Assembly (NCBI GenBank): GCA_964016885.1
Contig: OZ024744.1
Coordinates: 128,278,001-128,342,000 of the forward strand
Direction of reading: 5' to 3'
DNA: 64,000 nucleotides
Source of the DNA: Eledone cirrhosa
Taxonomy: Eukaryota
Under the pieces are notes generated by a model, which saw only the letters and a program-made list of their open reading frames with translations, was not told the DNA's origin and ran no database searches. Positions 49,701 to 59,800 of this stretch are shown piece by piece. Both the position numbers and the translations under genes were made by a program. Numbering within the stretch: position 1 is the stretch's first letter; each line of letters begins with the position of its first letter.

Positions 49701-49760
49701 AAGTCAAGTTGGGGTTAAGTCAAGTTGAGGTTAACTTAAGTTGGGGTTATGTTAAGTTGG
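43790..49760 (+). repeat. Near-tandem duplication with ~3.15 kb period
   Basis: 27-bp nested repeat 44194/47356; TTTATTTGCGG 45181/48344 (offset 3163); GATC 45708/48855 (offset 3147). Confidence 0.85.
44194..44263 (+). repeat. Nested 27-bp (16+11) sub-repeat TTAACTTAAGTTGGGGTTAAGTTGGGG, ~2.6 copies
   Basis: TTAACTT starts at 44194, 44221 and 44248. The same structure occurs at 47356, 53606, 56546, 58232, 61362 and 62664. Confidence 0.9.
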
Positions 49761-52700
49761 GGCTAAGTTAAGTTGGGGCTAAGTTAAGTTGGGGCTGAGT
49801 TAAGTTGGGGTTAAGTTAAGTTGGGGTTAAGTTAAGTTCGGCTTGAGTTAAGTTGGGGTTAAGTTAAGTTGGGGTTAATTTAAGTTGGGGTTAAGTTAAG
49901 TTGGGGTTAAGATAAGTTGGGGTTAAGTTAAGTTGGGGTTAAGTTAAGTTGGGGTTGAGTTAATTTGGGGTTAAGTTAAGTTGGGGTTAAGTTAAGTTGG
50001 GGTTAAGTTAAGTTGGGGTTAAGTTAAGTTGGGGGTAGGTTAAGTTGGGGGCAAGTTAAGTTGGGGTTAAGTTAAGTTGGGGTTAAGTTAAGTTGGGTTT
50101 CAGTTAAGTTGGGGCTAAGTTAAGTTGGGGCTAAGTTAAGTTGGGGCTGAGTTAAGTTGGGGTTAAGTTAAGTTGGGGTTGAATTAAGTTGGGGTTATGT
50201 TAAGTTAGGGTTGAGTTAAGTTGGGGTTGAGTTAAGTTGGGGTTAAGTTAAGTTGGCGTTAAGTTAAGTTGGAGTTAAGCTAAGTTGGGGTTAAGTTAAT
50301 TTGCGGTTAAGTTAGGTTGTGGGTTAAGTTAAGTTGGGGGTAAGTTAAGTTGGGGGTAAGTTAAGTTGGGGTTAAATTAAGTTGGGGTTAAGTTAAGTTG
50401 GGGTTAAGTTAAGTTGGGGTTAAGTTAAGTTGGGGTTAAGTTAAGTTGGCGTTAAGTTAAGTTGGGGTAAAGTTAAGTTGGGGTAAAGTTAAGTTGGGGT
50501 TAAGTTAAGTTGGGGTTAAGTTAAGTTGGGGTTAAGTTAAGTTGGGGTTAAGTCAAGTTGGGGTTAAGTCAAGTTGGGGTTAAGTCAAGTTGGTGTTAAG
50601 TTAAGTTGGGGTTAAGTTAAGTTGGGGGTAAGTTAAGTTGGGTGTAAGTTAAGTTGGGGTTAAGTTAAGTTGTGGTTAAGTTCAGTTTGGGTTAAGTTAA
50701 GTTGGGGTTAAGTTAAGTTGGGGTTAAGTTAAGTTGGGGGTAACTTAAGTTGGGGTTAAGTTAAGTTGAGGGTAAGTTAAGTTGAGGGTAAGTTAAATTG
50801 AGGTTAAGTTAAGTTGGGAATAAGTTAAGTTGGGGGTAAGTTAAGTTGGGGGTAAGTTAAGTTGGGGTTAAGTTAAGTTGGGGATAAATTAAGTTGAGGT
50901 TAAGTTAATTTGGGGTTAAGTTAAGTTGGGGGTAAGAGAAGTTGGGGCTAAGTTAAGTTGGGGATAAGTCAAGTTGGGGTTAAGTCAAGTTGAGGTTAAC
51001 TTAAGTTGGGGTTAAGTTAAGTTGGGGTTAAGTTAAGTTGGGGTTAAGGTAAGTTGGGGTTAAGTTAAGTTGAGGGTAAGTTAAGTTGGGGTTCAGTTAA
51101 GTTGGGGTTAAATTAAGTTGGGGGTAAGTTAAGTTGGGGGTAAGTTAAGTTGGGGTTAATTTAAGTTGGGGTTAAATTAAGTTGAGGTTAAGTTAAGTTG
51201 GGGTTAAGTTAAATTGGGGTTAATTTAAGTTGGGGGTAAGATAAGTTGGGGCTAAGTTAAGTTGGGGCTAAGTCAAGTTGGGGTTAAGTCAAGTTGAGGT
51301 TAACTTAAGTTGGGGTTATGTTAAGTTGGGGCTAAGTTAAGTTGGGGCTAAGTTAAGTTGGGGCTGAGTTAAGTTGGGGTTAAGTTAAGTTGGGGTTAAG
51401 TTAAGTTCGGCTTGAGTTAAGTTGGGGTTAAGTTAAGTTGGGGTTAATTTAAGTTGGGGTTAAGTTAAGTTGGGGTTAAGATAAGTTGGGGTTAAGTTAA
51501 GTTGGGGTTAAGTTAAGTTGGGGTTGAGTTAATTTGGGGTTAAGTTAAGTTGGGGTTAAGTTAAGTTGGGGTTAAGTTAAGTTGGGGTTAAGTTAAGTTG
51601 GGGGTAGGTTAAGTTGGGGGCAAGTTAAGTTGGGGTTAAGTTAAGTTGGGGTTAAGTTAAGTTGGGTTTCAGTTAAGTTGGGGCTAAGTTAAGTTGGGGC
51701 TAAGTTAAGTTGGGGCTGAGTTAAGTTGGGGTTAAGTTAAGTTGGGGTTGAATTAAGTTGGGGTTATGTTAAGTTAGGGTTGAGTTAAGTTGGGGTTGAG
51801 TTAAGTTGGGGTTAAGTTAAGTTGGCGTTAAGTTAAGTTGGGGTTAAGCTAAGTTGGGGTTAAGTTAATTTGCGGTTAAGTTAGGTTGTGGGTTAAGTTA
51901 AGTTGGGGGTAAGTTAAGTTGGGGGTAAGTTAAGTTGGGGTTAAATTAAGTTGGGGTTAAGTTAAGTTGGGGTTAAGTTAAGTTGGGGTTAAGTTAATTT
52001 GGGGTTAAGTTAAGTTGGGGTTAAGTTAAGTTGGGGTTAAGTTAAGTTGGGGTTAAGTTAAGTTGGGGGTAGGTTAAGTTGGGGGCAAGTTAAGTTGGGG
52101 TTAAGTTAAGTTGGGGTTAAGTTAAGTTGGGTTTCAGTTAAGTTGGGGCTAAGTTAAGTTGGGGCTAAGTTAAGTTGGGGCTGAGTTAAGTTGGGGTTAA
52201 GTTAAGTTGGGGTTGAATTAAGTTGGGGTTATGTTAAGTTAGGGTTGAGTTAAGTTGGGGTTGAGTTAAGTTGGGGTTAAGTTAAGTTGGCGTTAAGTTA
52301 AGTTGGGGTTAAGCTAAGTTGGGGTTAAGTTAATTTGCGGTTAAGTTAGGTTGTGGGTTAAGTTAAGTTGGGGGTAAGTTAAGTTGGGGGTAAGTTAAGT
52401 TGGGGTTAAATTAAGTTGGGGTTAAGTTAAGTTGGGGTTAAGTTAAGTTGGGGTTAAGTTAAGTTGGGGTTAAGTTAAGTTGGCGTTAAGTTAAGTTGGG
52501 GTAAAGTTAAGTTGGGGTAAAGTTAAGTTGGGGTTAAGTTAAGTTGGGGTTAAGTTAAGTTGGGGTTAAGTTAAGTTGGGGTTAAGTCAAGTTGGGGTTA
52601 AGTCAAGTTGGGGTTAAGTCAAGTTGGTGTTAAGTTAAGTTGGGGTTAAGTTAAGTTGGGGGTAAGTTAAGTTGGGTGTAAGTTAAGTTGGGGTTAAGTT

Positions 52701-55700
52701 AAGTTGTGGTTAAGTTCAGTTTGGGTTAAGTTAAGTTGGGGTTAAGTTAAGTTGGGGTTAAGTTAAGTTGGGGGTAACTTAAGTTGGGGTTAAGTTAAGT
52801 TGAGGGTAAGTTAAGTTGAGGGTAAGTTAAATTGAGGTTAAGTTAAGTTGGGAATAAGTTAAGTTGGGGGTAAGTTAAGTTGGGGGTAAGTTAAGTTGGG
52901 GTTAAGTTAAGTTGGGGATAAATTAAGTTGAGGTTAAGTTAATTTGGGGTTAAGTTAAGTTGGGGGTAAGAGAAGTTGGGGCTAAGTTAAGTTGGGGATA
53001 AGTCAAGTTGGGGTTAAGTCAAGTTGAGGTTAACTTAAGTTGGGGTTAAGTTAAGTTGGGGTTAAGTTAAGTTGGGGTTAAGGTAAGTTGGGGTTAAGTT
53101 AAGTTGAGGGTAAGTTAAGTTGGGGTTCAGTTAAGTTGGGGTTAAATTAAGTTGGGGGTAAGTTAAGTTGGGGGTAAGTTAAGTTGGGGTTAAGTTAAGT
53201 TGGGGTTAAATTAAGTTGAGGTTAAGTTAAGTTGGGGTTAAGTTAAATTGGGGTTAATTTAAGTTGGGGGTAAGATAAGTTGGGGCTAAGTTAAGTTGGG
53301 GCTAAGTCAAGTTGGGGTTAAGTCAAGTTGAGGTTAACTTAAGTTGGGGTTATGTTAAGTTGGGGCTAAGTTAAGTTGGGGCTCAGTTAAGTTGGGGCTG
53401 AGTTAAGTTGGGGTTAAGTTAAGTTGGGATTAAGTTAAGTTGGGGTTAAGTTAAGTTCGGCTTGAGTTAAGTTGGGGTTAAGTTAAGTTGGGGTTAATTT
53501 AAGTTGGGGTTAAATTAAGTTGGGGTTAAGATAAGTTGGGGTTAAGTTAAGTTAGGGTTAAGTTAAGTTGGGGTTGAGTTAATTTGGGGTTAAGTTAAGT
53601 TGGGGTTAACTTAAGTTGGGGTTAAGTTGGGGTTAACTTAAGTTGGGGTTAAGTTGGGGTTAACTTAAGTTGGGGTTAAGTTAAGTTGGGGGTAGGTTAA
53701 GTTGGGGGCAAGTTAAGTTGGGGTTAAGTTAAGTTGGGGTTAAGTTAAGTTGGGTTTCAGTTAAGTTGGGGCTAAGTTAAGTTGGGGCTAAGTTAAGTTG
53801 GGGCTGAGTTAAGTTGGGGTTAAGTTAAGTTGGGGTTGAATTAAGTTGGGGTTATGTTAAGTTAGGGTTGAGTTAAGTTGGGGTTGAGTTAAGTTGGGGT
53901 TAAGTTAAGTTGGCGTTAAGTTAAGTTGGGGTTAATTTACGTTGGGGTTGAGTTAATTTGGGTTTAAGTTAAGTTGGGCTTAACTTACCTGGGGTTAAGT
54001 TGGGGTTAAGTTAAGTTGGGGTTAAGTTAAGTTGGGGGTAAGTTAAGTTGGGGGCAAGTTAAGTTGGGGTTAATTTAAGTTGGGGTTAAGTTAAGTTGGG
54101 GTTATGTTAAGTTGGGGTTAAGTTAAGTTGGGGTTAAGTTAAGTTGGGGGTAACTTAAGTTGGGGTTAAGTTAAGTTGAGGGTAAGTTAAGTTGAGGGTA
54201 AGTTAAATTGAGGTTAAGTTAAGTTGGGGTTAAGTTAAGTTGGGGGTAAGTTAAGTTGGGGTTAAGTTAAGTTGGGGATAAATTAAGTTGAGGTTAAGTT
54301 AATTTGGGGTTAAGTTAAGTTGGGGTTAAGTTAAGGGTAAGAGAAGTTGGGGCTAAGTTAAGTTGGGGCTAAGTCAAGTTGGGGTTAAGTCAAGTTGAGG
54401 TTAACTTAAGTTGGGGTTAAGTTAAGTTGGGGTTAAGTTAAGTTGGGGTTAAGGTAAGTTGGGGTTAAGTTAAGTTGAGGGTAAGTTAAGTTGGGGTTCA
54501 GTTAAGTTGGGGTTAAATTAAGTTGGGGGTAAGTTAAGTTGGGGGTAAGTTAAGTTGGGGTTAATTTAAGTTGGGGTTAAATTAAGTTGAGGTTAAGTTA
54601 AGTTGGGGTTAAGTTAAATTGGGGTTAATTTAAGTTGGGGGTAAGATAAGTTGGGGCTAAGTTAAGTTGGGGCTAAGTCAAGTTGGGGTTAAGTCAAGTT
54701 GAGGTTAACTTAAGTTGGGGTTATGTTAAGTTGGGGCTAAGTTAAGTTGGGGCTAAGTTAAGTTGGGGCTGAGTTAAGTTGGGGTTAAGTTAAGTTGGGG
54801 TTAAGTTAAGTTCGGCTTGAGTTAAGTTGGGGTTAAGTTAAGTTGGGGTTAATTTAAGTTGGGGTTAAGTTAAGTTGGGGTTAAGATAAGTTGGGGTTAA
54901 GTTAAGTTGGGGTTAAGTTAAGTTGGGGTTGAGTTAATTTGGGGTTAAGTTAAGTTGGGGTTAAGTTAAGTTGGGGTTAAGTTAAGTTGGGGTTAAGTTA
55001 AGTTGGGGGTAGGTTAAGTTGGGGGCAAGTTAAGTTGGGGTTAAGTTAAGTTGGGGTTAAGTTAAGTTGGGTTTCAGTTAAGTTGGGGCTAAGTTAAGTT
55101 GGGGCTAAGTTAAGTTGGGGCTGAGTTAAGTTGGGGTTAAGTTAAGTTGGGGTTGAATTAAGTTGGGGTTATGTTAAGTTAGGGTTGAGTTAAGTTGGGG
55201 TTGAGTTAAGTTGGGGTTAAGTTAAGTTGGCGTTAAGTTAAGTTGGGGTTAAGCTAAGTTGGGGTTAAGTTAATTTGCGGTTAAGTTAGGTTGTGGGTTA
55301 AGTTAAGTTGGGGGTAAGTTAAGTTGGGGGTAAGTTAAGTTGGGGTTAAATTAAGTTGGGGTTAAGTTAAGTTGGGGTTAAGTTAAGTTGGGGTTAAGTT
55401 AAGTTGGGGTTAAGTTAAGTTGGCGTTAAGTTAAGTTGGGGTAAAGTTAAGTTGGGGTAAAGTTAAGTTGGGGTTAAGTTAAGTTGGGGTTAAGTTAAGT
55501 TGGGGTTAAGTTAAGTTGGGGTTAAGTCAAGTTGGGGTTAAGTCAAGTTGGGGTTAAGTCAAGTTGGTGTTAAGTTAAGTTGGGGTTAAGTTAAGTTGGG
55601 GGTAAGTTAAGTTGGGTGTAAGTTAAGTTGGGGTTAAGTTAAGTTGTGGTTAAGTTCAGTTTGGGTTAAGTTAAGTTGGGGTTAAGTTAAGTTGGGGTTA

Positions 55701-56130
55701 AGTTAAGTTGGGGGTAACTTAAGTTGGGGTTAAGTTAAGTTGAGGGTAAGTTAAGTTGAGGGTAAGTTAAATTGAGGTTAAGTTAAGTTGGGAATAAGTT
55801 AAGTTGGGGGTAAGTTAAGTTGGGGGTAAGTTAAGTTGGGGTTAAGTTAAGTTGGGGATAAATTAAGTTGAGGTTAAGTTAATTTGGGGTTAAGTTAAGT
55901 TGGGGGTAAGAGAAGTTGGGGCTAAGTTAAGTTGGGGATAAGTCAAGTTGGGGTTAAGTCAAGTTGAGGTTAACTTAAGTTGGGGTTAAGTTAAGTTGGG
56001 GTTAAGTTAAGTTGGGGTTAAGGTAAGTTGGGGTTAAGTTAAGTTGAGGGTAAGTTAAGTTGGGGTTCAGTTAAGTTGGGGTTAAATTAAGTTGGGGGTA
56101 AGTTAAGTTGGGGGTAAGTTAAGTTGGGGT
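48950..56130 (+). repeat. ~2.2 kb block (~48950-51155) recopied at offset 4974
   Basis: CTTACCT 49010/53984, TTAAGGGTAAGAG 49357/54331 and GGGAATAAG 50816/55790, all at offset 4974. Confidence 0.88.
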
Positions 56131-56875
56131 TAAGTTAAGTTGGGGTTAAATTAAGTTGAGGTTAAGTTAAGTTGGGGTTAAGTTAAATTGGGGTTAATTT
56201 AAGTTGGGGGTAAGATAAGTTGGGGCTAAGTTAAGTTGGGGCTAAGTCAAGTTGGGGTTAAGTCAAGTTGAGGTTAACTTAAGTTGGGGTTATGTTAAGT
56301 TGGGGCTAAGTTAAGTTGGGGCTCAGTTAAGTTGGGGCTGAGTTAAGTTGGGGTTAAGTTAAGTTGGGATTAAGTTAAGTTGGGGTTAAGTTAAGTTCGG
56401 CTTGAGTTAAGTTGGGGTTAAGTTAAGTTGGGGTTAATTTAAGTTGGGGTTAAATTAAGTTGGGGTTAAGATAAGTTGGGGTTAAGTTAAGTTAGGGTTA
56501 AGTTAAGTTGGGGTTGAGTTAATTTGGGGTTAAGTTAAGTTGGGGTTAACTTAAGTTGGGGTTAAGTTGGGGTTAACTTAAGTTGGGGTTAAGTTGGGGT
56601 TAACTTAAGTTGGGGTTAAGTTAAGTTGGGGGTAGGTTAAGTTGGGGGCAAGTTAAGTTGGGGTTAAGTTAAGTTGGGGTTAAGTTAAGTTGGGTTTCAG
56701 TTAAGTTGGGGCTAAGTTAAGTTGGGGCTAAGTTAAGTTGGGGCTGAGTTAAGTTGGGGTTAAGTTAAGTTGGGGTTGAATTAAGTTGGGGTTATGTTAA
56801 GTTAGGGTTGAGTTAAGTTGGGGTTGAGTTAAGTTGGGGTTAAGTTAAGTTGGCGTTAAGTTAAGTTGGGGTTAA
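51992..56875 (+). repeat. Apparently identical ~1.94 kb copies (51992-53935 and 54932-56875), offset 2940
   Basis: The offset is a multiple of 60, so the printed lines 52021-53821 can be compared directly with lines 54961-56761. I saw no differences. Confidence 0.92.
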
Positions 56876-59800
56876 GCTAAGTTGGGGTTAAGTTAATTTG
56901 CGGTTAAGTTAGGTTGTGGGTTAAGTTAAGTTGGGGGTAAGTTAAGTTGGGGGTAAGTTAAGTTGGGGTTAAATTAAGTTGGGGTTAAGTTAAGTTGGGG
57001 TTAAGTTAAGTTGGGGTTAAGTTAAGTTGGGGTTAAGTTAAGTTGGCGTTAAGTTAAGTTGGGGTAAAGTTAAGTTGGGGTAAAGTTAAGTTGGGGTTAA
57101 GTTAAGTTGGGGTTAAGTTAAGTTGGGTTAAGTTAAGTTGGGGTTAAGTCAAGTTGGGGTTAAGTCAAGTTGGGGTTAAGTCAAGTTGGGGTTAAGTTAA
57201 GTTGGGGTTAAGTTAAGTTGGGGGTAAGTTAAGTTGGGTGTAAGTTAAGTTGGGGTTAAGTTAAGTTGTGGTTAAGTTCAGTTTGGGTTAAGTTAAGTTG
57301 GGGTTAAGTTAAGCTGGGGGTAAGTTAAGTTGGGTGTAAGTTAAGTTGGGGTTAAGTTAAGTTGGGGTTAAGTTAAGTTGGGGTTAAGTTAAGTTGGGGG
57401 TAACTTAAGTTGGGGTTAAGTTAAGTTGAGGGTAAGTTAAGTTGAGGGTAAGTTAAATTGAGGTTAAGTTAAGTTGGGGTTAAGTTAAGTTGGGGGTAAG
57501 TTAAGTTGGGGGTTACTTAAGTTGGGGTTAAGTTAAGTTGGGGATAAATTAAGTTGAGGTTAAGTTAATTTGGGGTTAAGTTAAGTTGGGGGTAAGAGAA
57601 GTTGGGGCTAAGTTAAGTTGGGGATAAGTCAAGTTGGGGTTAAGTCAAGTTGAGGTTAACTTAAGTTGGGGTTAAGTTAAGTTGGGGTTAAGTTAAGTTG
57701 GGGTTAAGGTAAGTTGGGGTTAAGTTAAGTTGAGGGTAAGTTAAGTTGGGGTTCAGTTAAGTTGGGGTTAAATTAAGTTGGGGGTAAGTTAAGTTGGGGG
57801 TAAGTTAAGTTGGGGTTAAGTTAAGTTGGGGTTAAATTAAGTTGAGGTTAAGTTAAGTTGGGGTTAAGTTAAATTGGGGTTAATTTAAGTTGGGGGTAAG
57901 ATAAGTTGGGGCTAAGTTAAGTTGGGGCTAAGTCAAGTTGGGGTTAAGTCAAGTTGAGGTTAACTTAAGTTGGGGTTATGTTAAGTTGGGGCTAAGTTAA
58001 GTTGGGGCTCAGTTAAGTTGGGGCTGAGTTAAGTTGGGGTTAAGTTAAGTTGGGATTAAGTTAAGTTGGGGTTAAGTTAAGTTCGGCTTGAGTTAAGTTG
58101 GGGTTAAGTTAAGTTGGGGTTAATTTAAGTTGGGGTTAAATTAAGTTGGGGTTAAGATAAGTTGGGGTTAAGTTAAGTTAGGGTTAAGTTAAGTTGGGGT
58201 TGAGTTAATTTGGGGTTAAGTTAAGTTGGGGTTAACTTAAGTTGGGGTTAAGTTGGGGTTAACTTAAGTTGGGGTTAAGTTGGGGTTAACTTAAGTTGGG
58301 GTTAAGTTAAGTTGGGGGTAGGTTAAGTTGGGGGCAAGTTAAGTTGGGGTTAAGTTAAGTTGGGGTTAAGTTAAGTTGGGTTTCAGTTAAGTTGGGGCTA
58401 AGTTAAGTTGGGGCTAAGTTAAGTTGGGGCTGAGTTAAGTTGGGGTTAAGTTAAGTTGGGGTTGAATTAAGTTGGGGTTATGTTAAGTTAGGGTTGAGTT
58501 AAGTTGGGGTTGAGTTAAGTTGGGGTTAAGTTAAGTTGGCGTTAAGTTAAGTTGGGGTTAAGCTAAGTTGGGGTTAAGTTAATTTGCGGTTAAGTTAGGT
58601 TGTGGGTTAAGTTAAGTTGGGGGTAAGTTAAGTTGGGGGTAAGTTAAGTTGGGGTTAAATTAAGTTGGGGTTAAGTTAAGTTGGGGTTAAGTTAAGTTGG
58701 GGTTAAGTTAAGTTGGCGTTAAGTTAAGTTGGGGTAAAGTTAAGTTGGGGTAAAGTTAAGTTGGGGTTAAGTTAAGTTGGGGTTAAGTTAAGTTGGGTTA
58801 AGTTAAGTTGGGGTTAAGTCAAGTTGGGGTTAAGTCAAGTTGGGGTTAAGTCAAGTTGGGGTTAAGTTAAGTTGGGGTTAAGTTAAGTTGGGGGTAAGTT
58901 AAGTTGGGTGTAAGTTAAGTTGGGGTTAAGTTAAGTTGTGGTTAAGTTCAGTTTGGGTTAAGTTAAGTTGGGGTTAAGTTAAGCTGGGGGTAAGTTAAGT
59001 TGGGTGTAAGTTAAGTTGGGGTTAAATTAAGTTGGGGTTAAGTTAAGTTGGGGTTATGTTAAGTTGGGGTTAAGTTAAGTTGGGGTTAAGTTAAGTTGGG
59101 GTTAAGTTAAGTTGAGGTTAAGTTAAGTTGGAGTTAAGTTAAGTTGGGGTTAAGTTAAGTTGGAGTTAAGTTAAGTTGGGGTTAAGCTAAGTTGGGGTTA
59201 AGTTTATTTGCGGTTAAGTTAGGTTGTGGGTTAAGTTAAGTTGGGGTTAAGTTAAGCTGGGGTTAAGTTAGGGTAAGTTAAGTTGGGGGTAAGTTAAGTT
59301 GGGGTTAAGTTAAGTTGGGGTTAAGTTAAGTTGGGATTAAGTTAAGTTGGGGTTAAGTTAAGTTGGGGTTGAGTTAAGTTGGGGTTAAGTTAAGTTGGGG
59401 TTAAGTTAAGTTGGGGTTAAGTTAAGTTGGGGTTAAGTTAAGTTGGGGGTAAGTTAAGTTGGGGGCAAGTTAAGTTGGGGTTAAGTTAAGTTGGGGTTAA
59501 GTTAAGTTGGGGTTAATTTAAGTTGGGGTTAAGTTAAGTTGGGGTTAAGTTAAGTTAGGGTTAATTTCAGTTGGGGTTATGTTAAGTTGGGGTTAAGTTA
59601 AGTTGGAGTTAAGTTAAGTTGGAGTTAAGTTAAGTTGGGGTTAAGCTAAGTTGGGGTTCAGTTAAGTTGGGGTTAAGTTAATTTGGGGCTGAGTTAAGTT
59701 GGGGTTAAGTTAAGATCGGGTTGAGTTAAGTTGGGGTTAAGTTAAGTTGGGGTTAAGTTAAGTTGGGGTTAAGTTAAGTTGGGGTTAAGATAAGTTGGGG

